NCBI GenBank assembly: GCA_910585715.1
Contig: CAJUEX010000013.1
Location: forward strand, 801-64,800
Reading direction: 5' to 3'
Source: an uncultured Lachnospiraceae bacterium
GTDB lineage: Bacteria; Bacillota; Clostridia; Lachnospirales; Lachnospiraceae
DNA: 64,000 nucleotides
Shown here: positions 45,296-54,776 of the stretch, one piece after another
How the letters are laid out: each line of letters starts with the position of its first letter
Position numbering within the stretch: the first letter of the stretch is position 1
Notes under the pieces: generated by a model
The model's database searches: none
What the model saw: the letters and a program-made list of their open reading frames with translations, nothing else
Told to the model about the DNA's origin: nothing
Position numbers and translations under genes: made by a program

Positions 45296-45914
45296 TGCTG
45301 CCGCCTCCCTTCAGGATTTCTTCATATTTCTCATGAAAATAAGCCAGCCCGCCATTGACTCCGTTAGTCACCGCATTAGTAGTAATGGTGGCTCCGCTTA
45401 TGGCATCAATCTCGCTTTCGGACATGGAGCCCGATTTGGTGTAAGAAAACTGCTCCACCTTTTTATTGGCAAACTGGGGCTTTAACACTTCCTCCGCCCT
45501 CATTCCAAGTCCCGGAGTTTCTCCAATTGCCAGAATGGAAATGCCGTTTAAAGTGCCGTCCGCCTGAATGCCCATCATAAACTGAATATCTCCCCCGTAG
45601 CCCTCATGGTCGGTTACGGTAAGCACAAGTCCTATGGGGTTATGGCTTCCGTCTTTTGCAAGCATCACATTGTCTATGGAAACCTGTTCAAATCCAAGCT
45701 CCTTTAAGATTTCCCCGTTTTCCGCCTCTTCCATGGTTTCTGTTTCCTCAAACTCCACTGCTGAGGGAAATACCTCCTGACAGGCTTCCTGCTTCGTCTT
45801 AAGCTCCTGATTCTCAATAGGCGCTTTTGTCACCTCATAAACAAGCCCCAGGGCACAACCGGCAATCAGGGTAATCAAAAACAGAATCAGCGTATCTCTT
45901 AACATACTTTTCAT
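45288..45914 (-). CDS. rnfG: Rnf complex subunit G (FMN-binding)
   Basis: 208 aa with an N-terminal TM helix and the FMN attachment motif IDAISGATITT. Confidence 0.9.
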   Translation of the reverse strand: MKSMLRDTLILFLITLIAGCALGLVYEVTKAPIENQELKTKQEACQEVFPSAVEFEETETMEEAENGEILKELGFEQVSIDNVMLAKDGSHNPIGLVLTVTDHEGYGGDIQFMMGIQADGTLNGISILAIGETPGLGMRAEEVLKPQFANKKVEQFSYTKSGSMSESEIDAISGATITTNAVTNGVNGGLAYFHEKYEEILKGGGSNE

Positions 45915-46843
45915 GCCTTTTCCCCTCCTTTGCCAAAGCTTTTTGGAAGTGTCACTCTTTCAATCAGGGGCACTAGCAGATTGCCTAAAATAATCGCATA
46001 GGAAACCCCTTCCGCACTAGCCCCGTAAATACGGAAAATCCCTGTGAGAATGCCAAGGATAATACCGTATACATACTGGCCTCTTTTTGTAATAGGTCTG
46101 GTGACATAATCCGTCGCCATAAAAAAGGCGCCTAGCATCAATCCGCCGCCTGCAAGCTGGGCGCTTATGTAAGCCGGGCTGAAACCATGTCCGGAAAATA
46201 AAACAAGGAATACCACAAAGGAACCAAGATAGCTGAAAGGAATCTTTAAATCAATTGCCCCCGCAAAAAGAAGGATGCAGGCTCCAATTAAAATGGCTAT
46301 CATGGAGGTCTCGCCTATGGTTCCTGCCGTCTTACCGATTATCATGGACATGGTGTCTACGTTTTCCCCTGCCTTTAATGCCGCTAAAGGAGTTGCTCCT
46401 GTATAACCGTCACACTCAAAGTCGGTCATAATGGAGGTAAAGGAAATCAGCAGAAAACATCTGGCTCCCAATGCGGGATTCATGAAATTCTGTCCAAGAC
46501 CCCCAAAGAGCATTTTCACTACGATAATGGCAAAAGCCCCTCCGATGACTCCAATCCACCAGGGTGCCCGGGGCGGCAGGTTCAATGCCAGCAAAAGTCC
46601 CGTCACTACTGCGGATAGGTCGCTGATGGTATTTTTCTTTTTACATATTTTGTTAAAGATGGTTTCTGATAATACGGCAGAGGCAACTGTAACCAGAATC
46701 AGAACCAGTGCGGGGATTCCAAAATTATAGATTCCAAAAATAGTTGCAGGTAATAATGCCAGTATGACGCAAAGCATAATATTGCCGGTAGTCACCTTAG
46801 ACCGGATATGGGGATTTGATGAAACCTTCATTAAATCGCTCAA
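45911..46843 (-). CDS. rnfD: Rnf complex subunit D
   Basis: 310 aa, polytopic. The flavin attachment region reads GYTGATPLAALK. Confidence 0.9.
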   Translation of the reverse strand: MSDLMKVSSNPHIRSKVTTGNIMLCVILALLPATIFGIYNFGIPALVLILVTVASAVLSETIFNKICKKKNTISDLSAVVTGLLLALNLPPRAPWWIGVIGGAFAIIVVKMLFGGLGQNFMNPALGARCFLLISFTSIMTDFECDGYTGATPLAALKAGENVDTMSMIIGKTAGTIGETSMIAILIGACILLFAGAIDLKIPFSYLGSFVVFLVLFSGHGFSPAYISAQLAGGGLMLGAFFMATDYVTRPITKRGQYVYGIILGILTGIFRIYGASAEGVSYAIILGNLLVPLIERVTLPKSFGKGGEKA

Positions 46844-46855
46844 GTTTGTTCCCTC

Positions 46856-48175
46856 CTATTTTTTCTTTTTTCCCAGTATGATTTTTCTCATGGACTTTAT
46901 GGACTGGGTCAAAGGCCGTTTTGCAGGACAGATAAAGCTGCAGCAGCCGCATTCACAGCATTCCATGCCGTTGTACTTCAAAAACTTTTCTTCTTCATAA
47001 TGCTCTGCAAAGTCCGCAAGCCTGCTTGGCAGTACCCGTCCGGGACAGACCTCCACACACCTGCCGCAATTGATGCAGGGTCCCGGCTCCATGGCAGACA
47101 CATCATCCCTGGTGAGGCAAAGCAGTGCCGATGCCGTTTTGGTGGTGGGCACATCCAGGTCAAAAATGCCAAAGCCCATCATGGGCCCTCCGGAAATAAT
47201 CTTTACCGGTTCTTCCTTAAAGCCCCCTGCTTCTTCAATCAGCTCATGATAATTAGTGCCGATTCGCACCCGGAAATTCCGCGGGTTATTTATGGCATCT
47301 CCCGTAACGGTTACAATCCGGTACATAAGGGGCTTCCCTTCCCTGACCGCCCGGTTGATGGCTACGATGGTATCCACATTGTTCACCACACATCCTGCAT
47401 CTGCCGGAAGCTTCGTGGAATCAATGGCACGTCCGGTTGCCGCATAAATCAGCTGCCTTTCCGCTCCCTGGGGGTACTTGGTCTTCAAAGGCTTCACCTG
47501 AATATCCGGTTCATCCTTTGTAAGCTCTTTTAATATGTGAATGCAATCAGGCTTATTATCCTCCACTGCCAGAATTCCCTTTGCATTGGGAAACAGGGCA
47601 AGGGAAACCTTCAGCCCCTCAACGAGCTTTTCCGGCTCCTCCAGCATCCTTCTGTAATCGGAAGTCAGATAAGGCTCGCATTCCGCACAGTTTGCAATCA
47701 CATAGTCAATTTTATCCGGCTCCTTTGGAGACAGCTTTACATGGGTTGGAAATCCGGCTCCGCCCATTCCTACGATTCCCGCCTCTTTTATCTTTTCTAT
47801 AATCTCTTCCCTTGTCATTTCCGAAAGGGGCTTTACCGGCGCATATTCCACCTCTTCATACTTTCCGTCATTTTCTACCACAATGGACATAACGCTGTCC
47901 CCTACCACTACACGCCTTGGCTCAATTGCCTTCACCGTGCCGGAAACCGTGGCATAAATCGGCGCCGAAACGTAACCTGCCGCCTCGGCAATTTTCTGGC
48001 CTGCCAGCACCTTATCCCCTTTTGCCACAACAGGCACCGCCGGCGCTCCGATATGCTGTGATAAAGGGTACACTAAATCTCCTTTTGGGTTTACATCTAA
48101 AATGGGTTTGTCCTTGCTTAAATCTTTTCCGTCATAGGGATGAATCCCTCCATGAAATGTTAATCTTCCTCCCAT
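46856..48175 (-). CDS. rnfC: Rnf complex subunit C
   Basis: 439 aa. It has GIVGMGGAGFPTHVK and two 4Fe-4S motifs, CINCGRCVEVCP and CCECGCCSFICP. Confidence 0.9.
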   Translation of the reverse strand: MGGRLTFHGGIHPYDGKDLSKDKPILDVNPKGDLVYPLSQHIGAPAVPVVAKGDKVLAGQKIAEAAGYVSAPIYATVSGTVKAIEPRRVVVGDSVMSIVVENDGKYEEVEYAPVKPLSEMTREEIIEKIKEAGIVGMGGAGFPTHVKLSPKEPDKIDYVIANCAECEPYLTSDYRRMLEEPEKLVEGLKVSLALFPNAKGILAVEDNKPDCIHILKELTKDEPDIQVKPLKTKYPQGAERQLIYAATGRAIDSTKLPADAGCVVNNVDTIVAINRAVREGKPLMYRIVTVTGDAINNPRNFRVRIGTNYHELIEEAGGFKEEPVKIISGGPMMGFGIFDLDVPTTKTASALLCLTRDDVSAMEPGPCINCGRCVEVCPGRVLPSRLADFAEHYEEEKFLKYNGMECCECGCCSFICPAKRPLTQSIKSMRKIILGKKKK

Positions 48176-48322
48176 GCCCTGCCCTTCCTTCTTTTCGGTT
48201 TTGTCTTTTTATCCAAATATGTCTGATTCTCTTTTATCTTATTCTGTAAGTCATGTGCCAAGCACTAAAACAGCTTACCTTTCCATTCTACTATTTTTCC
48301 TGACAAAATACTACAGAAAAAG

Positions 48323-49237
48323 CTATTTTATTTTTGAATACTTCTCATCCAGATACCCAATATACTCTTTTCTTTGAACTTCCCCTTTATTGTCGGCATA
48401 CCACTTATAGCTTTCCGCCAGACCGTCAGCCAAACTTGTCTGCTCTTCCTTAAAATACTTATTTTGCAGCGATACATCCAGCCGGTACTCATAATCATAA
48501 AAGCAAAAATAATCCCTCTGATTCTTTTCCTCATAAAGATTTACAAAATCCACTTCTGTTTCACCAACTGCCTGATAGCAGGTTTCAACCCACTGTTTAA
48601 TTGTGACAGTCTCTGAATTTCCAACATTAAATATATGTTCTTCCACTTCTCCGTCCATTAATATCTCAATAAATTTACACAAATCCCCCACATAAAAAAA
48701 CTGTAGCTTCATTTCCCCTTCCCCCGGCAGGTAAAACTTTCTTTTCCTTTCTGCGCATTCAAACACAAATGCTGCCCGGTAAAGATTTTCCATGGGGCCA
48801 TATAAATATGGCGGCCTTAAAATATAGGCTTCGGGAACCCTGGAAAGCAAATATTCCTCCGCTTCCCTTTTATTGGTTCCGTATTCCTTCCATATCGGAT
48901 TATATTCACACTGTTCCTGCTCGCTAACCGATTCTTTATGTATTCCGTACACTGCGCTTGAGCTTATAAATATGTACTTTTTAAAACCGTTGACAGCATC
49001 CAGCAGTTTTTTTATATCCTCCCTTGTGTATGCATTCACATCAATTATAGTGTCAAATTCATAATTCCTTAATTTATTTCCTATATAATTTCGGTCACAC
49101 TCTATTAAATGCACTCCGGCAACCTGCCGCCTTGTATTTCTATTCAAAACAAACACTTCATAGCCTTTTTGCAAAAAATAAGAGGCAATAAAACGGCTCA
49201 CAAAAACCGTCCCGCCGGTTACAAGTATTTTTTTCAT
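48323..49237 (-). CDS. NAD-dependent epimerase/dehydratase family protein
   Basis: 304 aa with the Rossmann motif ILVTGGTVFVSRF and an SDR-like YxxxK region (YGTNKREAE). Confidence 0.8.
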   Translation of the reverse strand: MKKILVTGGTVFVSRFIASYFLQKGYEVFVLNRNTRRQVAGVHLIECDRNYIGNKLRNYEFDTIIDVNAYTREDIKKLLDAVNGFKKYIFISSSAVYGIHKESVSEQEQCEYNPIWKEYGTNKREAEEYLLSRVPEAYILRPPYLYGPMENLYRAAFVFECAERKRKFYLPGEGEMKLQFFYVGDLCKFIEILMDGEVEEHIFNVGNSETVTIKQWVETCYQAVGETEVDFVNLYEEKNQRDYFCFYDYEYRLDVSLQNKYFKEEQTSLADGLAESYKWYADNKGEVQRKEYIGYLDEKYSKIK

Positions 49238-49433
49238 TCACCCATCCTCCATTTTATTTATCCATAAAAATTATCATATCTGGCAGCAAAAATGTCAATA
49301 TTGAAACCAACTTTTCACAAGTCAAAGTTGAAAAATCCTCCCCAAATATGCTATGATATTTCAAAAGCAGTTTCAAGCTATAGCAATTATTTTTACCATT
49401 TTTACAGATGGGACAACAAATACAGGAGGCATT

Positions 49434-50591
49434 ATGAAAACGATAAGAACAGCAATAGACTTTCCAAATCCATCCTATCCGTTAGAGCATATAGACGAAC
49501 TTTCCAAAATTTTATTCGTTGATATTGAAACAACAGGTTTTGCAGCAAAATCCTCTTATTTATATTTAATCGGCTGCCTGTGTTATGAGGAAGGAGGCTG
49601 GCAGTTAATACAGTTCTTGGCAGAGGACTACATTGAAGAGCCTTTTATCTTACAGGAATTTTTAGTTCTTTGTAAGGAATACCACACTTTAATTCATTAT
49701 AACGGCAACAATTTTGACCTGCCTTATTTAAGGCAGAAATGCGAACAATTCGGGCTAAAGCCTCCCTTTGACCAGATAAATACGGATAATATGGATAATC
49801 CGGAAAATACAGAACGCACAGCCATGAACGGGATTGACATTTACAAGCGTATTTCCGGCTTTAAAAATATTCTTCATCTGGAAAACTGCAAACAGAAAAC
49901 GCTGGAAAACTTCCTTGGAATTTCCAGAGAAGACAAATACAACGGAGGAGAACTGATTTCCATTTATCACGATTATGCTAAAACAAAAAAACCTGAATTA
50001 TTGGAGCTTCTTCTGCTTCATAACAAGGAGGACATGCAGGGTATGTTCGCATTGCTTCCCATATTATCCTATATGGACATACTGCTTGTTCCTTTCCGGG
50101 TGGTAAAGGTTCAGGCAAATCATTACGACAATATATCCGGCACCCGCTCCTATGAGGTGTTAATGAAAATAAAATTCCACACCGCCTTCCCAAAACCAAT
50201 AGCCATCCACAAAAACGGCTGTCATTTCAGCGGTCAGGGCAAAGAAGGCTATTTAAAGGTTCCCTGCCTGAAAGAAGAACTGAAATTCTTTTATTCAAAC
50301 TACAAGGATTACTACTACCTTCCCATGGAAGATACGGCACTGCACAAATCCGTAGCCGCCTATGTAGACAAAGACTTCCGCAAACAGGCAACCGCAGCTA
50401 ACTGCTACACAAAAAAACAAGGCACCTACCTCCCGGAATGGTCTCCCCTCTTTACCCCCATCTTCAAAAAAAGCTATCAGGATAACGACCTGTTCTTTGA
50501 ACTGACCGAAGAAATGAAACGCAGCCCGGAAGAATTTACAAAATACGCCCTCCACATCATGGATATGCTGATTCATGAAGGAAAAAAATAA
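49434..50591 (+). CDS. RNase H-like / YprB-type predicted exonuclease domain protein
   Basis: The start is taken at MKTIRTAIDF, with AGGAGG upstream; the track ORF starts 27 codons earlier. ILFVDIETTGF and HYNGNNFDLPYL are DEDD/RNase_H_2-like motifs. Confidence 0.7.
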   Translation: MKTIRTAIDFPNPSYPLEHIDELSKILFVDIETTGFAAKSSYLYLIGCLCYEEGGWQLIQFLAEDYIEEPFILQEFLVLCKEYHTLIHYNGNNFDLPYLRQKCEQFGLKPPFDQINTDNMDNPENTERTAMNGIDIYKRISGFKNILHLENCKQKTLENFLGISREDKYNGGELISIYHDYAKTKKPELLELLLLHNKEDMQGMFALLPILSYMDILLVPFRVVKVQANHYDNISGTRSYEVLMKIKFHTAFPKPIAIHKNGCHFSGQGKEGYLKVPCLKEELKFFYSNYKDYYYLPMEDTALHKSVAAYVDKDFRKQATAANCYTKKQGTYLPEWSPLFTPIFKKSYQDNDLFFELTEEMKRSPEEFTKYALHIMDMLIHEGKK

Positions 50592-50626
50592 TAACGGTTC
50601 AGACAGCATCTCACCCACAGGAATCG

Positions 50627-50683
50627 GAATACAGATTTGACAAAATCTATAGCCAGAATACGGATTTGACAAAATCTATAGCC
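50627..50683. repeat. Two tandem 28-bp direct repeats
   Basis: gaatacagatttgacaaaatctatagcc (50627-50654) and gaatacggatttgacaaaatctatagcc (50656-50683) differ at one position. Each contains the small palindrome agattt-gaca-aaatct and a TTGACA hexamer. Confidence 0.9.
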
Positions 50684-50695
50684 TTTCGATACACA

Positions 50696-50843
50696 GTAGG
50701 AACCGGCAGATGATAGAGAAGTCTTGGAGGCCTTAATGAAAACGCCGGTACTAACGCACCGTATTTTGGTGCGTTAGTACCGCTGCGTTTTCATAGAGCG
50801 AGAGCGTGCCCCCAAGACTTCTCTATCATCTGCCGGTTCCTAC
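50696..50843. repeat. Long palindromic intergenic element, copy B: 32-bp perfect inverted arms, nested perfect stems and a conserved core
   Basis: 50696-50727 is the exact reverse complement of 50812-50843. Inside it, atgaaaacgc (50736-50745) pairs with gcgttttcat (50785-50794). Also ggtactaacgcacc (50747-50760) pairs with ggtgcgttagtacc (50768-50781). The core motif agagcgagagcg is shared with copy A. Confidence 0.9.
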
Positions 50844-50935
50844 GTCCTCCCCACCAAAGCCCCCCATACCTAAAGAAAAGCGCCCCCAGAGCCTAATTCC
50901 AAGCCCCAAAGCCGCTTTTTCCCAACCTTCCATTA

Positions 50936-51715
50936 TCAAAACCGCTCATAAAAAAACGAATTCTTCCTTCTGTAATTCATTTCCTTATAATTAATAATCT
51001 GTTCCGTACTGCCAATAAACAGGGAGCCCCCCTTTTTCAGAGAGTCATAAAACTTCCGGAATATCTCCTCTTTTGCTTCCTCCGTAAAATAAATCAACAC
51101 ATTCCTGCACACTATCAAATCACAATTTTTTTCATAAGTGTCTTTTAACAAATTGTGCTGCCGAAACTCCACCCTTGCCTTAATCTCCTTGGAAATCTGG
51201 TAAGAAGGACCGATTTTCGTGAAATATTTTTCTTTTAAATCCCTTGGCACGGAAAGAACGCTTTTTTCCGAATACAAGCCGGTCTTCGCCTTGGCAATTA
51301 CCTGCTTATCAATATCCGTGGCAATAATCTTTATCTGGGAAAGAGGCAAGTGTCTGGACAATGCCATAACTAATGAATATGGCTCATCTCCTGTAGAACA
51401 GGCAGCGCTCCATATCTTCAAGTTCCTTCCAAACCTGTTTATCAACTCCGGAAAAATTTCTTTATCCAACAGTTCCCATTGTTCCGGATTCCGGTAGAAC
51501 TCCGATACGTTAATGGTAAGGTAATTTACGAATTCATCGAATTTTTCCCGGTTCTCTTTTAAAAGCTGAATATATTTTTCATAGCCGGTAATACCATTTT
51601 TCCCAATTAACGTATCGATACGGCGCTTCATCTGCTTTTCCTTGTAGGCATTCAAATCTATCTGGGTCAATGCAAAAACTGCACCTTTAAAATATTCATA
51701 ATCATAAGCCGGCAT
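50936..51715 (-). CDS. cheR: Chemotaxis protein methyltransferase CheR
   Basis: 259 aa. TINVSEFYRNPEQW, IWSAACSTGDEPYS and VCRNVLIYF are typical CheR SAM-methyltransferase motifs. No other che genes are in the window. Confidence 0.85.
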   Translation of the reverse strand: MPAYDYEYFKGAVFALTQIDLNAYKEKQMKRRIDTLIGKNGITGYEKYIQLLKENREKFDEFVNYLTINVSEFYRNPEQWELLDKEIFPELINRFGRNLKIWSAACSTGDEPYSLVMALSRHLPLSQIKIIATDIDKQVIAKAKTGLYSEKSVLSVPRDLKEKYFTKIGPSYQISKEIKARVEFRQHNLLKDTYEKNCDLIVCRNVLIYFTEEAKEEIFRKFYDSLKKGGSLFIGSTEQIINYKEMNYRRKNSFFYERF

Positions 51716-51734
51716 GTTGTACCTACCTTATTTT

Positions 51735-52889
51735 TTATTCTTCCGATTCTGCTTCTGCTGCAATGACAGCTTCAATATCTACAGAAACAACATCTGCATC
51801 CTCTTCCGGTGTATCCTCTTTCTCTTCTGCCGGTTCCGGTGCAAGCAAAGCTTTTATGCTCAGGCTGATTTTCTTATCCGCCTCATTAAAGTCAACAATC
51901 TTAGCTGTCACTTCCTGCCCGATGCTCAGCACGTCAGCAGGCTTTTCAATATGCTCTTTAGAAATCTGGGACACATGTAAAAGCGCATCTACACCTTCTT
52001 CCAGCTCCACAAATGCACCGAAGTCTGTCATTCTTGCCACTTTGCCGGTTACAGTATCTCCCACTGCATATTTCTTTTCTGCATCCTTCCAAGGATTCAA
52101 TTCATCAAACTTTAAGCTGAGGGCAATCTTGGTTCCTTCAATTTCCTTGATAAGAACTTTCAGTTCCTGTCCTACCTTAAAGGTCTTCTTTGGATTCTCT
52201 ACCCGGCCCCAGGACATTTCTGAAATATGAAGAAGTCCGTCAGCACCGCCCAAATCAATAAATGCGCCGAAGTCTGTCACGTTCTTGACAGTACCTTCCA
52301 CTACATCCCCTTCTTTGATTCTTGCAAATAATTCCTTCTGCATTTCTTCTTTCTTTGCAACTAAAAGCTGCTTGCGGTCACCAATATATCTTCTTCTCTT
52401 TGGATTATATTCACTGATGACGAATTCTATTTCTTTTCCTGCATAGACAGACAAATCCTTTTCATATACATTCGATACAAGGCTTGCCGGAATGAAGATT
52501 CTCACTTCATCCAGTACCACGCTTAAGCCGCCGTCCAATACCTGCGCCACCTTGGCAGTAAGCACTTCTTTGTTTTCAAAGGCTTCCTGAATTCTCTTAT
52601 TGCCTTTTTCAGCAGCAAGGCGCTTGTAGGAAAGAATAACCTGTCCCTCTCCGTCGTTTACTTTGACTACTTTCACTTCCATAGTGTCTCCGACTTTTAA
52701 GATAGTCGTTAAATCTGCATTTGGCTCGTTTGTGTATTCATTTCGTGTAAGAATACCGTCTGATTTATATCCAATATTCAGGATGGCTTCGTCTTCTTTT
52801 ACAGCAATGACTTTTCCCTCGACTACCTCTCCGTTTCTGATTGTTTTAAATGATTGGTCTAACATTTGTTCAAAAGTTAATTCTGACAT
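51735..52889 (-). CDS. rpsA: 30S ribosomal protein S1-like protein (four S1 domains)
   Basis: The start is taken at MSELTFEQML, with GAGGAGG 9 nt upstream. It has four S1 repeats (GEVVEGKV, LTAKVAQV, DVVEGTVKNVTDFGAFIDLG, DTVTGKVARMTDFGAFVEL) and an acidic tail. Confidence 0.85.
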   Translation of the reverse strand: MSELTFEQMLDQSFKTIRNGEVVEGKVIAVKEDEAILNIGYKSDGILTRNEYTNEPNADLTTILKVGDTMEVKVVKVNDGEGQVILSYKRLAAEKGNKRIQEAFENKEVLTAKVAQVLDGGLSVVLDEVRIFIPASLVSNVYEKDLSVYAGKEIEFVISEYNPKRRRYIGDRKQLLVAKKEEMQKELFARIKEGDVVEGTVKNVTDFGAFIDLGGADGLLHISEMSWGRVENPKKTFKVGQELKVLIKEIEGTKIALSLKFDELNPWKDAEKKYAVGDTVTGKVARMTDFGAFVELEEGVDALLHVSQISKEHIEKPADVLSIGQEVTAKIVDFNEADKKISLSIKALLAPEPAEEKEDTPEEDADVVSVDIEAVIAAEAESEE

Positions 52890-53718
52890 AATTTTGAACC
52901 TCCTCAATAATATTATTTGGGGTGGATGCCCCTGCGGTAATTCCCACCGAACAAGCGGGCCCAATCTGTTCCCTTTTTAAATCGCTCAGTGTCTGTATGA
53001 AATAAGTGTTCTCACATTCTTCCCTGCAAATCTCGTAAAGCTTGCGGGTATTGGAGCTGTGAGTACCGCCTATCACTATCATTACATCAACTTCCCTTGC
53101 AATTTCTCTTGCCTGGGTCTGCCTCTCCTCAGTTGCGTTACATATAGTATTCACAACAATACCATCATAACCTTTTTTCTCAAAAATTTCAACCAATTCT
53201 TGAAATTTATTGTAATTAAATGTCGTTTGGGAAACGATACAGGCTTTTTCGCCCTCTTTCAAGGTGAAATTCTCCATTTCTTCCCTTGTGGCAATGACCG
53301 TTGCGCTGCCTCCCACCCAGCCTGTAATTCCTTCTACCTCCGGATGGCGGGAGCTTCCGATAATGATAATGTGCCTTCCCTTCCCGCTTTCCTCCTCCAC
53401 GATTTTATGAATCTTCTTTACAAAGGGACAGGTTGCATCAATTAAGGAAAATCCCATTTTTTCAATTGCTTCGTAAACCTTTTTTTCCACTCCATGGGAA
53501 CGAATGATAACAGTGCCCTTTTCCTGTTCCTTAAGCTCCTCTACATCATTCAGTACCCGGACACCTTTTTCCTCCAAATCCTTTACCACCTGGTCATTAT
53601 GAATGATGGGGCCTAATGTATAAATATTTCCGCCCGCTTCAATCTGTTTATAAACCTGGTCCACTGCCCGTTTCACTCCAAAACAAAAGCCTGCGGTTTT
53701 TGCAGTTTTTACTTCCAC
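52870..53718 (-). CDS. ispH: 4-hydroxy-3-methylbut-2-enyl diphosphate reductase
   Basis: 282 aa. GFCFGVKRAV, DATCPFV and GGTHSSNTRKL are IspH/LytB motifs. Confidence 0.95.
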   Translation of the reverse strand: MEVKTAKTAGFCFGVKRAVDQVYKQIEAGGNIYTLGPIIHNDQVVKDLEEKGVRVLNDVEELKEQEKGTVIIRSHGVEKKVYEAIEKMGFSLIDATCPFVKKIHKIVEEESGKGRHIIIIGSSRHPEVEGITGWVGGSATVIATREEMENFTLKEGEKACIVSQTTFNYNKFQELVEIFEKKGYDGIVVNTICNATEERQTQAREIAREVDVMIVIGGTHSSNTRKLYEICREECENTYFIQTLSDLKREQIGPACSVGITAGASTPNNIIEEVQNYVRINF

Positions 53719-54003
53719 ATTTTTTCCTCCTGCCCGGTTTTTTCCCGGCTTTTTTATAATAAATTAGTATGAACTTTCTGTATTTTTCTGCCGGATTCGT
53801 CCATATATGTGCATATGTTATGCACAAACGTTAATCCTGTATCCAGTGTACTGTACCATTAACATTCAGGCAAATCTGCTTGTCTATTTGCCCGTCTGCT
53901 ACGTTGGATTTTCTAGATGCAGACCCGCTACACCGTTGAAAATCCACCTTGCATACGAACAAATATCCTGCGCAGATTTACCTGAAATCAATGGTACAGC
54001 ACA

Positions 54004-54660
54004 CTAGCGGCACATGGCAAGTATAGTCTCCACCACCTGGTCCACATCCATATCCGAGCTGTCTAATAAAACCGCATCTTCCGCCTGTCTGAGCGGAGAC
54101 ATTTCCCGGGTCATATCCCGCTTGTCCCTTTCAATGATATCCGCTTCTATCACATCCAAATCACAGCTTTCTCCCTTAGTTTTCAATTCCTCATATCTGC
54201 GCTTTGCCCGGACTCTTGAGCTGGCCGTCAGATACACCTTTACATCTGCATCCGGCAACACGCATGTGCCGATATCCCTGCCATCCATGACTACCTGATT
54301 TGTTTTAGCTAACTTTTGCTGAAGCTCCACCAGCTTTATGCGCACATCCTTATTAACAGAGCTTGCCGAAGCCATGTTACCCACCTCTTCTGTTCTGAGA
54401 TATGGATTTACATTTTCTCCGTTCAGCCATACTATCTGTTCTCCATTCTCATAGGATATGGTAATATCCGCCTCCCTGCATGCTTCACTGATTTTCTCTG
54501 TTTCGGAAGGCTTTATTCCCTTCTGTATGAGGTAAAAAGCCATTGCCCGGTACATAGCCCCCGTATCCACATATATAAAGCCTTTTTCCTTTGCTATTCT
54601 TTTTGCAATAGTACTTTTTCCCGCTCCTGCCGGTCCGTCGATGGCAATACTATAACTCAT
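54004..54660 (-). CDS. cmk: Cytidylate kinase
   Basis: 218 aa with IAIDGPAGAGKST, YVDTGAMYRA and MDGRDIGT. Confidence 0.95.
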   Translation of the reverse strand: MSYSIAIDGPAGAGKSTIAKRIAKEKGFIYVDTGAMYRAMAFYLIQKGIKPSETEKISEACREADITISYENGEQIVWLNGENVNPYLRTEEVGNMASASSVNKDVRIKLVELQQKLAKTNQVVMDGRDIGTCVLPDADVKVYLTASSRVRAKRRYEELKTKGESCDLDVIEADIIERDKRDMTREMSPLRQAEDAVLLDSSDMDVDQVVETILAMCR

Positions 54661-54776
54661 ATCCTGTTCTTCCTTTCTCCTGTTTCTACCTGATTCTTGC
54701 TTTTGAAGCTTTTTCTATCGCTCCCTGTCTGCCGTCTTATTTATTCTGTCATTTCCATTACCTTATCTTTATTCTT

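Noticed and set aside
50936-51715. Orphan cheR as evidence of a novel chemotaxis-like system
   Set aside because: It is a single well-conserved methyltransferase gene with no other che or MCP genes in the window. Partners encoded elsewhere in the genome are the simplest explanation, and nothing in the sequence suggests novelty.
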